Positions 1 through 12,579 of a stretch of 51,257 nt of DNA are shown piece by piece. Position 1 is the first letter of the stretch, and each line of letters begins with the position of its first letter. The notes under the pieces were generated by a model. The model was not told where the DNA came from and ran no database searches. It saw nothing but the letters and a program-made list of their open reading frames with translations. Position numbers and translations under genes: made by a program. Origin of the DNA: Paraglomus brasilianum. Lineage: Eukaryota. The DNA is taken from contig CAJVPI010000125.1 in NCBI GenBank assembly GCA_910592345.1, positions 1-51,257 of the forward strand. Direction: 5' to 3'.

Positions 1-599
1 TTTGGTTCCAAATTGGTTGAGATATTCGCGTTTGAATTGCGTTAAATTTATTATCAATAATTTCGTGTCACACTGTATTAACCAGTTATTTTAAAGATCA
101 CCTCGGATACAGTAATACCTACATATAACGCGACCAAGGAACGGAAATTCTTTAGCGTTAAGACGTGCAGCCCGATCCAGCAGGTAAGGTAAATCGAAAT
201 TAGAAATATTATACCCAATAACAACATCCGGATCGACCTAACAAAACGACAAACATTACAATTACCACTGTGTATACTATTCTAATTTAAGCCCAAAGTT
301 GATCTACTCACTTCAGAAACAAAATCACGCCACGCGTGTAACATCTTGGTTTGGTCATCGAATTCGATAATATCGGTTGCAACAATTGAAGCACACGTAT
401 TGAGCGTGAAAACGTTACGGATAAAAGGTTTGCTTTCCTCTTGAAATAAAAACCATTTAATTACTATTTATTATACTTAGAAATACCATCAACATCTTCC
501 AACATATACCTTGGATAGTTACAATAAAAGCTCGTTACAAGATGCGTTGTAGCTTATGAATTGTGATTGACTCCCTAGAAAAAGAACTTACAATAAACG

Positions 600-1105
600 T
601 TAGGCTATTAGAAATTGAGACAGAAGAAACGGGAGGAGCTTTCAAAAAACGATCAACCGACTACAGCCATAAAGACAAACAAAAACAAATATCTACAAAA
701 ACAATTTGCCAAGCACTTTATAAGGATAATTTTGCTCGAAAAAGCCTCTTATTTCGGACAATAGAAAGGAGACATTGGACTGGAAAAAAACAATCTGGGA
801 AGATTGGTCTAAGTTTTCAGTTCGAAAGCTGGGAAAATGATGTGAAGAAAATCAGGAGAAAATTCATGAAGATTGCATTTCATTAACAGTAAAACATTGG
901 ATGTAGCAAGATTCATTATGCGAAAAATCGAAAATGGTAGAGATTTTTAAAACAAGCTTTTACAATCCGTAACAGACTAAATCAAAGCAATAGGCAATAA
1001 TCCGTTTGGCTAACTTATAGTATAAAATTACATGGGCAGTTACATATTAACCATTTATTAAATTGTCCGAATTTCGACCGTGTAATACTTTGGTACCCTC
1101 CTGTA
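600..1105 (+). mobile_element. Degenerate Tc1/mariner (IS630-like) transposon relic with one terminal end
   Basis: Translation has Tc1-like segments (ISTKTICQAL..ARKSLL..RRHWT..; EDCISLTVKH in another frame). The region ends in ...ctttggtaccctcctgTA (reverse complement TAcaggagggtacc), a mariner-type terminus. Frameshifted; left boundary uncertain. Confidence 0.5.
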
Positions 1106-1331
1106 TAAAGAGCAACCTTCAAGAGTTAGCTATAACCTTATTGAGTCGATGCTGGCGCATAAGCAATACCATTTGAAATAGTTTGTCAAAAGTTGAACGA
1201 TATATACGCTTTTCCAGCCAACGGTTGACATCAAAATCATCAAAAAAGATTATGATAGTTGTTACTATTACGGCAAGCTGATCTGATGATAAAATCTTCC
1301 TCCGCAGTTACCCATGATCGGCACTAATTTA

Positions 1332-1486
1332 GTAGCGTGTCGCAAATTCTGGCGCAGCAGCGTGTCGCTAATTTTTTGACAAGCGCAGCAACGTGTCGCA
1401 AAATATGTGACAGCACAAACGCTAAATTAATTGTTCTTCATAGTATAATAATTTATATAGAAGCGTGTCGTTTTTCTTGCGACGCA
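1332..1486. repeat. Cluster of short direct repeats (a/g)cgtgtcgc
   Basis: agcgtgtcgcaaatt (~1335), cagcagcgtgtcgctaatt (~1355), gcagcaacgtgtcgcaaaat (~1385), agcgtgtcgttttt (~1462). Confidence 0.7.
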
Positions 1487-2185
1487 AAAGATATATAAGT
1501 AGCTCTTCCTCCATCGTCAAATCTTCATGTCATGTTGTAATATTATTATGTTGTGAAATAAAATAATGCTTACTGATATTAGTAGTATTCTCCCGAAATC
1601 CTTTATTATAAATATACGTAATTTAATTTCTATCGTCGAAATAATTGATTATTAGACCGGACACTCCAATAAACGGCTCACTTAAGCTGTAACGGAATAG
1701 CATTGATTTGATCAAACTAATAAGCTGTCCGCTGATCAATTACGTGAATAACGGAACGAGAGTTCATAATTAATTATCGAGACGAATATTGTTTAATTAG
1801 TTTAGTAAGACAAGTGACGGATAACCGACGTCGGAAAAACAAATCGAAGATAGCCCTGTTTAAATTTAAAATAGTATTATTCCCCTTCGATTCTTTAGTA
1901 GAATAATTGTTGTTGTTATTTTATTAGAGGTACCCTTATTTGTATTCACGAGTGTTTGAAATTCGGATAGGGAGTGAGAAGCGCGCATAATTGAATAGGT
2001 CACTTGAGGCTTAATTCAGTCTTAACTGCACAACTATCGTAGTAAGGGCGATAATACGAGCTAAGCCTGGTAACATCCCCGGTCGGCGAACACACCTACA
2101 CGAAAAGATAAATCGTTCTCCCCAAAACCCCAATTTAATTCCCGACCGTAACAATATCATGTTGTTTGTATCCTGCTATTGCTAG

Positions 2186-2250
2186 TACAGTCAACCCTCT
2201 CTAAATGCACACTCTCTATAAATGCACACAGTCCCAAATGCATTGCACAG
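2186..2250 (+). mobile_element. Solo pogo/Tigger-like terminal end
   Basis: TAcagtcaaccctctctaaatgcacac followed by a repeated ctctataaatgcacac and a gtccc motif. Resembles the TIR of the 4762-5507 MITE. No partner end was found. Confidence 0.45.
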
Positions 2251-3010
2251 TTTTTTCCATTTCTCACCATATTAATAGAGAACTCTGCTCTGCTGTCTAT
2301 TATGAGTCGCACAATGACTGGGCAATTTGAGTGATTTTTTGTTCAAATGTGAATTGCAAAAAACTCGCAGAGCGAGGGCCTTTAGTGCCTAACTACTCAT
2401 GCTCCTAATGATGATTCACCAGTTGTGGATAGCCATCTTCCAGAAAAAGAGACGTCAAAAAATAGTAAAAGCGATATACTGGAACTATTGGAGCTGAAGT
2501 GGAATACATAGAAAGATTACTCAAAGTAGCTAATATCGATGTTTTATACCCAGAACCTGTATCTCCGAATGTTTTTACTTTGAGACGTTCCTACTACCCA
2601 CTATGTAAACGAGAACATGAGCGAAAATGTATATAACATTTACCTTACGGGAGTGTGCATCGACATAATGGCAGTCGCAAGTGAATAACGGCAAAGGCGA
2701 TAACTGGCCTAGGATCCGCGTACTCCCTCCCTCTTTGATAGCATCATGCATTTCATTTGCTACCTCCACTTTTTACTAAAGATTAGTAAAGTTTCGCGGT
2801 ACATCATTTATTATAAAAACATTGTAAATATTAATATTGGCAAAGATAGCAAAAAAAATCAGATCTGCAAAGTAAAATAGTTGTGATGTTGGTTAAAAAT
2901 AAACTGAATTTTACAAAAAAAGCAATAATTGAGAAAAGAATATGTAAAACTGTGATCAAATAAGTTTATGAATGTAAATGTGCGAAAGAAATGGGTAATA
3001 ATAATAGAAA

Positions 3011-3920
3011 TTAAACAATCGTGCTATCTTTCTTATGCTTATTTTTTTTTTCTGTTCTTGTTCTTGTTCTGGCTCTTTTGGATTTTTCCTGGGCTTCATC
3101 AAGTTTCTGAGGTTTAAGATTATCTTGACTTTCAGTATTATAATTAATAATACGTGCAGCAAGTTCAGATTCGGTATCTGAAAGAGAATATTAGTTATTA
3201 TACAAAGTCATGCTAAAAAAAAAAACAATCAAGTGTTGTACACATACAATACTCAAATTCATGAACAATTCCATTATCATCAACATCCCATACCGTCCCG
3301 TCAATGCGTTTTGTTGCCACCTCTTCTAAAGAATTTCCAAGGGGCCGCAATGCATCAGACATCCTATCTAACTCAAAAACACGACCATAGCAATCTATAA
3401 ATATTATTCCATGGTAGCGCTCCCCAACAAGTATTATATGGTTGAAGCCAAACTCCTAAATCTCGTCGAAATAAATATTGTAACCCGATTTTGCATTTAT
3501 ACACTCGGTAAGACTTGATACATCACAGAACCCTCGGTTAAGAGAAAGTGCGAGTTGGTGACGGTCGGACTCGTTTGCCATAATTTCAATTACCATACGT
3601 GAATTGTTGCAACACCCGACTGGGCCACCCTCTGACATGGCAATATTTTTATATTGATCCTAGTTCTAGGTTATACACCGTATATTAGTTTAAAAAAAAT
3701 TTTTTTTTTTCAATTCGAAAATAATTATCGAGTCGGAGCAATTGTCCGGTGGGTGAAAGCATACAGCTGATTCTTGCTCTGTTAGGGCAAAATTCCCCCT
3801 TCGAAATATCGTCATACTTTCGAACCTCGACTCTGCTATCTTTTGTTTCATTTCTTTTAGCTTTGACCTCGTTAATTCTGGCGGGTTTGCTGGCGTTAGG
3901 GAAACCGAGGCCCTGGCCAT
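3011..3920 (-). pseudogene. 3-exon gene with one in-frame TAG; unknown protein with a SUKH/US22-like central motif and a basic C-terminal tail
   Basis: Exons 3920-3765, 3659-3248 and 3177-3011 join in frame through GT-AG introns: MARASVSLTP...EQESA|DQYKNIAM...YFDEI*EFGFNHIILVGERYHGIIFIDCYGRVFELD...LGNSLEEVA...|...KSKRARTRTRTEKKNKHKKDSTIV. The single stop is TAG at 3456-3458. Confidence 0.65.
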
Positions 3921-4761
3921 GAAGCTCTTTATCTTGTTGTTTTGTATCGTGTATATAATGTTTATTATATGTGGGCGGTATCTGTTTATAAGAATCGGCG
4001 GGAAAGGGCCACAAGACACTAATTTTCCCTGGGCTGTCACTTCACTTACTTTCTTTCCATTTGCTTTCTTGATGTTTGTTAGTATAGTCCTGCACAAAAT
4101 AAGTTGGTTAAAAAAACAAACTCTTTTCTCTCTAAAACTATCTATCTATCTAAATTACCTCGACGGTCTTATGAAATCTTTCACGAGTTGTCTCATCCAT
4201 TTCTTGGGGGATTGTTCAACCAAGCAGAAAAACTATTACAGTATTATTGGTAATCAGATTGATAAAACTTTTTTATGCCAGAAAATTTAGCGACGCAAGG
4301 TTTTTGTTTCGGGAAATCGAAATGTTATCTATGTGAGAGTTTGCGACTATCAACCAATAGTAAAGCATACACGGGTATCGATATATTGCCTAGTGTAACA
4401 CATCATTGCGATTGTTTCCGTATATAAGAACAATAGTATCAGTGTAATAACACGCTTTCACTGGTTAAAAAGTCCGATAAGCCACGCAATTAAACTGATC
4501 TCTATGATAGTGATTATATCGATAGCAAGCAATGTGATATCAGCGTGAGTAATTCTCGCTGTATATAGATAGAATAAATTGAATAAGGTTTTTTTACGTA
4601 CACAGTGGAATTCACTTTAACGAAGTGTTTTTCTGGAATAGCCACGGCTACTTACCTTTTACCATGAAAATGTCGATGAAGAAAAAAAAAATAAATAATA
4701 TCCCGTTGGTTCTTTCAACAAGAAAGTAAATAGTTAAGTAAACGCGAAATCGAGAGTTAAA

Positions 4762-5507
4762 TACAGCCAACTCTGTCTATACCGGCACGAGTGTTTTGGC
4801 AGTTTCTGGCCGTTATAACGAGAGACCGTATATAAAACTGTTACACAAGTAGGGAATTGTGTAACCAATAACCAATAATTGTGCGTTATATCTTGAGTTT
4901 GTTTCAAATGTCGATTCTTGCGAAGTTGAGCAGCATGATCGTCCTCATTTATTGCAAGCCACTTTCCGCTTTCACGGATAACATCACCAACGGTGCTAGT
5001 ATAAGTACCGCAACCAAACATTCAGCGGTCTCTGCATTAGCAAAAGAAGGATTTTTTAGTTTAATTTTAATTTGACAAATTTCTCTTTTCTGCAATCCTG
5101 TTATTCCAATGCGTTTAGGTGTCTCTATGTCTGTATTAAATTTTTGGCAGAGATTCTCTTGCGTGGCATGGTAATAATTAAAAGGTTGGCTGCATTTATT
5201 GGTAATTTATGTGGGAGCTGATGGGGTTAGAGAATAAATCTGATCAACCAAATGAAAGGTCTGGTTTCATCAGCCGTGACAATAATCACTTGACTTCGCC
5301 GGTATAAAGTAAATCTTTTTATATAATTTAAAGTAAACTGGTCTACATAATTTTGTGTAACTTGTGCCGGAGCTGGTATAAACAGAGTTATTAAGATCTG
5401 CCGTTATAAAGGGTGAGATTAATATGGAATTTTTTGGTTCAGCGAAATTGGACCGGTATAAGGCAAAACCGGTATAGACAATGCCGGTATAGACAGAGTT
5501 GACTGTA
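4762..5507. mobile_element. pogo/Tigger-like non-autonomous element (MITE), about 745 bp
   Basis: 26-bp TIRs with one mismatch, including the TA target site: tacagccaactctgtctataccggca (4762) and tgccggtatagacagagttgactgta (5482-5507). Repeated ccggtata boxes lie near the right end. Confidence 0.85.
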
Positions 5508-5941
5508 ATCACATCACGAAAGAATCGGTAAAAAAATCTAATGATGTAACCATTTACTGCGCTTCATATGACTTTGCGATCACAACCTACAGTCAGGTGT
5601 CAATTTTAGAATATTCGGAGCGTATCTCGAAATCTGATTGGTTTAAATGCACTTATAGAACAACGAATAGAAAAACCAGAAAGCTGTTGCACAGAATAGT
5701 GACTGACTATGACCTAAAGCCCGAAATAAAATACCCAACTTTCAAAAACCTCGAGTTTTAGGCAACAGTTTTCTTAAGTTTCATGACGTCCAGTTTGTGC
5801 AACTATTTGTGTAACTTTCCATTATCTTTATTATTACGATAACTTAACAAGATATGTAAAGCAATTACGTAAGGTATTATCGGCACGGAATTTAGTTGCA
5901 CATCTTGAGAAACTCGATCATAAAATTATATTAGGCAAGCA

Positions 5942-6576
5942 TTATCTGGTGAACGCTACGTTGAACGCAAGGTCGTAATATTCCATATCTATTGCGCCTT
6001 TTAAAGTCATCGTATTTATCTTGTAGCACGCCACAGCGACGTCAGGAATTCCAGGTTGACAACGGACCCTTTAGCAAATAAAAAAGGGAAGGAAAAGTGG
6101 ATTAGATGAAGCTATAGAATCTTAAACATATGAAAAAAGTTTTTTTTTCATACCAATTAGGGAGAGCACGTTCCCATATCGAAATTTGCATACTTTCTCT
6201 GAACACGAAGACGGTGTTGCTATAGTTGATCGCTCCTGCCACTTCCAAGGAGTTTATTATGGCGTCTTGGTTTTGTCCGGCGACTCCATTTCGGTTGTTG
6301 GGAGAGGCAGGAACGTCATTAAAACCAGCGGTATTCCACTGGATCACAAGAGCCGGTATATAAGTATGTTTATTTGTTGCTTTGAGAATGAGAGAAGCAA
6401 TGGCAGGATTCTGAAATGTTGTAGGAAGGGTTGAGGGAGCTAAAGATACGTAAATAACTTTATGTACAAGAAATATCAACTGCCAACTTGTACGTACTTT
6501 GATTACACTTCTTTGCGAGTACCTTGACCTTGTGCTGTTGCACTCTGTCATGGATAGACTTGAAAAGCTTTTCCAT
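5942..6576 (-). CDS. Uncharacterised 163-aa protein (3 exons)
   Basis: Exons 6576-6498, 6439-6154 and 6068-5942 (492 nt) with GTACGT..AG and GTATGA..AAG introns give an open frame: MEKLFKSIHDRVQQHKVKVLAKKCNQ TPSTLP...PALVIQWNTAGFNDVP...WERALPNWVRCQPGIPDVAVAC...NVAFTR*. Confidence 0.75.
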
Positions 6577-6921
6577 CGTAATAGTTGCAGCGAAGAAAAA
6601 GTGATATACTCTGTGATTTTTCGGTAATTTTAATTATTATTATCGTCCAATCAAATCGCGTGAACAGTTAAATATGACTATAATGCCACGCTCGCGGAGC
6701 GATTACGTGGTATATTGGTCGCCAACCAATAAATTTACAAAGATCTGGTCACGTTCTGCTCCGCCAAAATCATACGAGACACTGAATTTTTCTTGCTTGA
6801 AAAAACGCTAAGATTCTTTCACAAACATCTTCTGGAATGTGTATAAGCACCTTTTTGGCTTGTTCAGGCATTACGTCTAATAACCACGCTATATGAATTT
6901 TACCCTTCCATGGTGAACTAA

Positions 6922-7076
6922 TACACAGTGAAAGTCGATGTTCGGGACCAGCGTTTTAATCCGTAATATCGACTTGTGAGTTTTATATCAGATATTATTT
7001 AGTAAACAAATTCCGTTCTCCGTTTTATTGACGGTCCGTTATATCGATGGTCCGTTATATCGACTTTCACTGTGTA
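6922..7076. mobile_element. Short pogo-like MITE (155 bp)
   Basis: Perfect 18-bp inverted ends tacacagtgaaagtcgat / atcgactttcactgtgta. Internal gggacc motif and duplicated ggtccgttatatcga boxes. Confidence 0.85.
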
Positions 7077-7277
7077 TATTGTTTTGACTTACTACAATTT
7101 CAGTTGCTATCTTCTGATCGAATATCGTGGTATACAATACTAAACCCAGTTACGGTTCAAACGAAAATTCAATCTTGTTATAAAAATATATACTGTATAT
7201 TAATATGTCAAACCCTATCTATATCACATCAACAAAGTCCTATCTAATACTAAGTTTATTTATACGGTTAGCATTAT

Positions 7278-7980
7278 ATGAAACAACGTAAAACAAAAAT
7301 TGAATGCTGTTACAGGTATATTAATATATGTAAGTCTAAAACCTAAAAGCCTTCAAGCATATTAATCTCTATAATCGATTAAATTGTTTAGAATGTATTT
7401 AAATGGACCCTACACTCCCAAAGAATGGGATGAATATTGCAATAAGCACAAGTTCGCACCAATGAAACTCCTGAAGAGTGGAAAGAGCGAATTAGGACCC
7501 GCTTAACATATTTCAGAGAAAATGAACTTTTTCCCGGATCAGAGTAAAAGATATCTGAAGCTAGCGCTAGGAAAACAATACTATTTCCGGATGGCGGTTC
7601 TTATTCGCCTAAAATTGGAATTGCAATATGCTTCTCTTGTGATCTATTAGTATATACTGGACAAAGAAAAAAGAATATAGGAAATTATAACCATATAGGA
7701 ATGGAGAAAGGCATTGGAAATTTTCATGTACCGGAAATAATACTGTGGTGTAAATTATAAAATTAAACAAAAATCCAATTCTGGATATAATTATGACAAT
7801 AATTATGCATTACGTCGTTATGGGTTATGGGAATACAATGCAATCAGAAAACTCAAACAATTGGCAAAAGATTCAAGCGCGTATAATAAAGATACAAAGA
7901 AAAATCGTGGAGTGGATTTACCCAGAAACTCGCCTTACACTATGCATGTTTACAAAATATTAGAGCAGAAATACGCACTT
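7278..7980 (+). pseudogene. Frameshifted remnant of a putative C2HC zinc-binding protein gene
   Basis: MKQRKTKIECCYR|intron 7316-7391|MYLNGPYTPKEWDEY...TPEEWKERIRTRLTYFRENELF...RKTILFPDGGSYSPKIGIAICFSCDLLVYTG...NYNHIGME.HWKFSCTGN...YALRRYGLW. Several frameshifts are needed to read through. I recall it as a repeated glomeromycotan family (unverified). 3' end approximate. Confidence 0.55.
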
Positions 7981-9253
7981 CAAACTAGTAACGTACCTAT
8001 TTAACGATCTTATGTGTCTAATTTCAAAAGCGTGCCCCAACCCAAACGAATATAGAGCGGATCCTCTTTCGCTCTAGTCAAGTCAATCACAACGAACTGC
8101 CGACCTTGCAATTCTTATCGATTATATATATCAATGGCGTTACGCCATTTTTTTGTATAGCGCCTAACAATATCAACCAGTTCATCATATGTACCGGCCC
8201 TATTAAAGAGTATAATATAATCTAATTAATTTCGGACAGTCGAGTTACGTAGATTGAACTGATGTTGGAATAGCGTCCCTCATTAAAGTAAAGGATGATT
8301 TTTTTGAGGCTCATTACATAAGTCTTCGAATATAACTACCGTCCTTCTTTCAGGAGAAAATTCGTCAATCTTGGTATTTTGTCAGGCTTCATCGATCGGA
8401 ACGATGTGGCTTTGGACTATTCGTAATGATTTGGTAACAATCTCTCAAATGTCTATCCTTAAGATGGTGTCCAATCAAGACTAGATCGTCATTTTATAAA
8501 ACGTGTCCAACATTTAGAGAAACATCGCTATCGGTTTGACTGTATTAATGATTTTGTTTCTGTCTGGGAGCATACTGTATATACACGTAAAGACAATTAA
8601 CTCATTACGAAGTAATTTCCCTACAAAAAAGCTGAAGTTTTATGTTATCAGATACAATGTGCTTTTCAATAAATGACGTCCGACTCAAATATAATTGTTA
8701 GCGCCTCTATTATTAGTATTAAGTATACAAATTGCTGTTATTTATTTACATCCTAAGACTAATGTCAAAAAGGCAATCACCGATCATCAAACTAGACAAC
8801 CAACCTAATTTAGATATTCACGTTGGATGACCTGTTAAGTTTTTCCTTCAAACTTCGTAAGGTACTTTGAAAACTCTAAAAGCAACTCGATGATTCAACC
8901 TGTTTGTAACTATTTCATTTAGATCCGATAGTCACCAATATTTATAACATCAATTTAAAATCGGTTTGTTCCTAATAATTGTCTTATTTGTAGGCTCCTG
9001 GAAAGAGGTATGTGCCTTTTGTAGACGAGCTCGAGCTAACTCGTTATTAATAAAGACTCACATTTTTACCAATAGTTCGAGTAGGTTTGATTAAATTTGT
9101 TATTTTATTACACATCACATTGATAACCCATTATAAATACACCGAATTTTGTGGTATAGTTAAGCGCTCCATAAATAAAAATGTCTATTAACAGGAGATA
9201 AGGAATGAACAGCCCTAATATTAAGGGGAAAGTATATATCTATATATCTACAC

Positions 9254-10708
9254 CTAGACTATGGGGGCAAATCCGACAGCCAACTTTTCAACATCATAGA
9301 CCGAGTACACGTTCTTGAGGAAAGTGTCGCCAACCAACCACTGGTCAGGACCACCAATTACACCACCAGAAATACCTGAAACACACTCATTATTTTGTCC
9401 AGTGGGAATAGCCGCGAGATCCTTGGTACTAATTTCGAAGTTTTTGCCACCGAATGTAAGCGATACTACTGATTTAGTGTCACAAGGGACAATAAAGTTG
9501 TCACCACTCTGCTGAGAACCTGGAATTTGCGCGTGAATGGCCGCGGCATCGTCAGGGGGAGCGATCAAGAGGGTCGTGCCGGTGTCAATGATAGCAGTCT
9601 TCTGCTGGAAATTAAGTGGCTTGCCATCAACGGAGGCATCGTCCAGTGCGATTTCCCAAAAACCTTGGTTACTGACTAATTTGTTGAATGAAATATCTCC
9701 CTTGAATAGAGTGTTGTCGACTCCACCAATGGTAAGTTGACCTTGAGTGTTATCCTTTTCGCGACCGAGGAAGAAACCAAACAATGGCTGTTGGACAGTT
9801 CCTTGTTTGACCAAACTGTCGAATGGTGTGACAGCTCCTTGCGAGCTCAATTGATCTAAACCCATACCGAGGATACCATCGAACTTTGAACCGGCGAATT
9901 CTTGCGACTCCGTGGTGGTGAGGCCGAACGTTTGCTTTTTGACGGTGAGACCGGCAATCGAGACATCATCAGTAGCAATAATACCAGAGACTGAACCAGT
10001 TCCGTATTGAATCGAGAACGGCTGGTTATTAGTCGAGAAAGTTTTCGACTTGGTGGTATCGAATACAGTGTGCTGTGTGCAAGCAGTATCTTTACAATTT
10101 GGTCCGGGTACCCTAATTATCGAAAGGGATAATAAAATTTGATAAGCAAACGCGCATATATAATATAGACAATATGATCAAAAACCGTGGAAATGCGAAA
10201 AACCGAGTGTATCTAAATAAATTCCTTCTCTCTCTGCTTACCATAAGTCAGACGAACCAGTATCGAAGATGGTGTTGAATGTCTGTCCACCAATGGTAAT
10301 TGGTCCAAAGTAACCAATGTCATTTCCTTCGTTGGAAAGAGGGTCGTTGGCAACGCCACCAGAGGCTGCTCCACCGCTAGTTCCATTTTGTTGACTACCT
10401 GTTTCTGGGATCCTATTAGTGGTACCATCTGCGGCGGCGATCATTGGCTTCTTAGCCTCGTCGACCAATTTTTGGAAAGCAGCTGCACTGATACCAGCTT
10501 TTCCTGCATCGACTAGTCCTTGAGTATATTTGAGGTATTTCTTAAATGGGCGTTTGTTAAAGAGGTCAACTTGCTGTTTCCAAGTAAAGAGGCTACTAGG
10601 ACCCTTCTTTTTGATGGTGATGGAATGAGTTCCCGTGCTGACTGGTGCTGCATTGATGCTGCCGGCAGTTATGGCGAGAGCAAAGGTGAGAATGTGGGCG
10701 AATTTCAT
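9254..10708 (-). CDS. Secreted pepsin-family (A1) aspartic protease, rhizopuspepsin-like, about 441 aa
   Basis: Signal peptide MKFAHILTFALAITAGSINA, a propeptide, both catalytic motifs (FDTGSSDLW and IIDTGTTLL), flap SIQYGTG and C-terminal WLVGDTFLKNVYSVYD. One intron at 10113-10241. Confidence 0.97.
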
Positions 10709-11869
10709 GGTGTTTTTATTAAATAATATATGAAACAGAACCGGTCTGCTAGGTGGATAGTCTAGGTGTATTGAGATATATAGAATGAGAGTAATGTGTG
10801 GGTTGCAATTGAACAGACCTGGCTGTTTGAATTGCAGAGATGATTGTGATCTTGAGGAAAAGAACCCTCCCTGGTCAGCATATTTATAAATGTTTTCTTT
10901 GTATCGTGGCGTAGTGGTTTAAACAACCAGATCAAAGTTGCGCAATAAAGTGCTTACTTAATTTAGATATCTGGCTATTTTGTTGCACCGAACGCAGAAC
11001 ACAAATAACGCAACATACAACTATATTAAACGCAATTATACAAAATAGGAAGCACATCAATGTTCAACCCTTAACAAGTGTTTGAAGGAAGTGTCTTGCA
11101 TTCATCTCAACAAATCGATTGATTGGTTTGTCAATCGCACAAGGAAGTCGTTGAGGGCTAATTATATCTTGATGTTTCATCCTGGTGAAACATAAAACCT
11201 TTTGTAAGTGCATTTTGGGAAAGTGGGTTTGTCTAGCTGTGTCATCTAACGTGCTACGAAATTTTACCCCTTAGAAATTAGAATATTATCATCGTGATCG
11301 GCCGACGTCGATCGTAACGTTCAACTGGCATGTGCGAACTATGCAGTTGGCCCAAAATTAGCAGACTAAAATGCATCAAATCAGCGAACTCTTGAACCGA
11401 GACTAGCTCACACGTGTTGACCAACCTCCTTGCTGAAAGCGAGAGTCGGATATACTACGTCATTATACATATTATGTGGAAGTTATATGATGATATACAG
11501 AGAATGCTTCGTAGACATGTAGAGCACGCTTGTCTGCTCTAAAGATCTATTGGTAGACAGTCTGCCTCAAAAAGTAGAGGCCGTATTAAACATAACAGTA
11601 ATAGAGCCTGCTCTAATGCATTAATAATAGATAAAGGTTATTGTTATTATGTATATAAAAATTAAATTTGATGATCTTATATTCTTAACTTTATTATTAT
11701 ATCAATCTGACCAATAGCGAGCGCAATAAAAAGTACCAACTTACTACGAGTATAACAAATTAATTAAACAACTTTACGACTAGTTGTTTGGTTGCCGGCG
11801 GTAACATCAATATGGAGAACAGTAAGTATCAGGATATCGATGACTGGTACAATTATCAACGGAATTAAC

Positions 11870-12200
11870 GGGACTAAATGACATAATGGATATATCTCAG
11901 AATCAAAATATGTAAAGCCCTCACGATAAACGGCGTAAATTTATGAATAGTAAGCAAGGCTGGCCTTCTTGTTGTTGCACACGATTTATGGTTAAATTCA
12001 ACTATGCTATTACTATGCCTGATGCCAAATTGTGATGCAGTATCACCACTATTCACAATGTTATCATATTGTTCTTGTATGGCTTTATGTACATAGATTT
12101 TTAACATTACATACTAATATCGTACATGCCGCATGGAATAGGTTGGACGAAGAGCTATTGCCAACTATTCTATCGCTACAGTTTAACTAAGATGCGACCT
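11870..12200 (-). mobile_element. Possible PIF/Harbinger transposase relic
   Basis: Fragments LAIALR.. and GDTASQFGI.HS..VEF in shifting frames loosely match the Harbinger HTH region. Highly degenerate. Confidence 0.25.
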
Positions 12201-12579
12201 ATTGCTTGAGAATTCCACAACCGTAAATACATAGAGTATAAGCAGTCCTTCTCTAATGTTGCTCATGTATTACACGTGTATATTTGCATACAATAGCAGT
12301 AGTTCATGTGGTCGATATATTATTCATAAATTTGCGTACCTGATTCTTACACTATTTCCAATCTTCCACGTACATAAAATGGATTACGTGATGATAAAGC
12401 TGTACATACTGCGCTGATAATGTCGTGGGGGGGGGACAAATTGGCATTAATTATCCGCAGGTTTCAAAAGTTAAGCACCCAAATTATGTAAAATGACAAC
12501 AACGGTTTCTTAATGTATTAAAGGCAGCCAACAAGTAGCCATTCTAGGAATGAGTTGTAATCTATCAACTTTGGAATTA

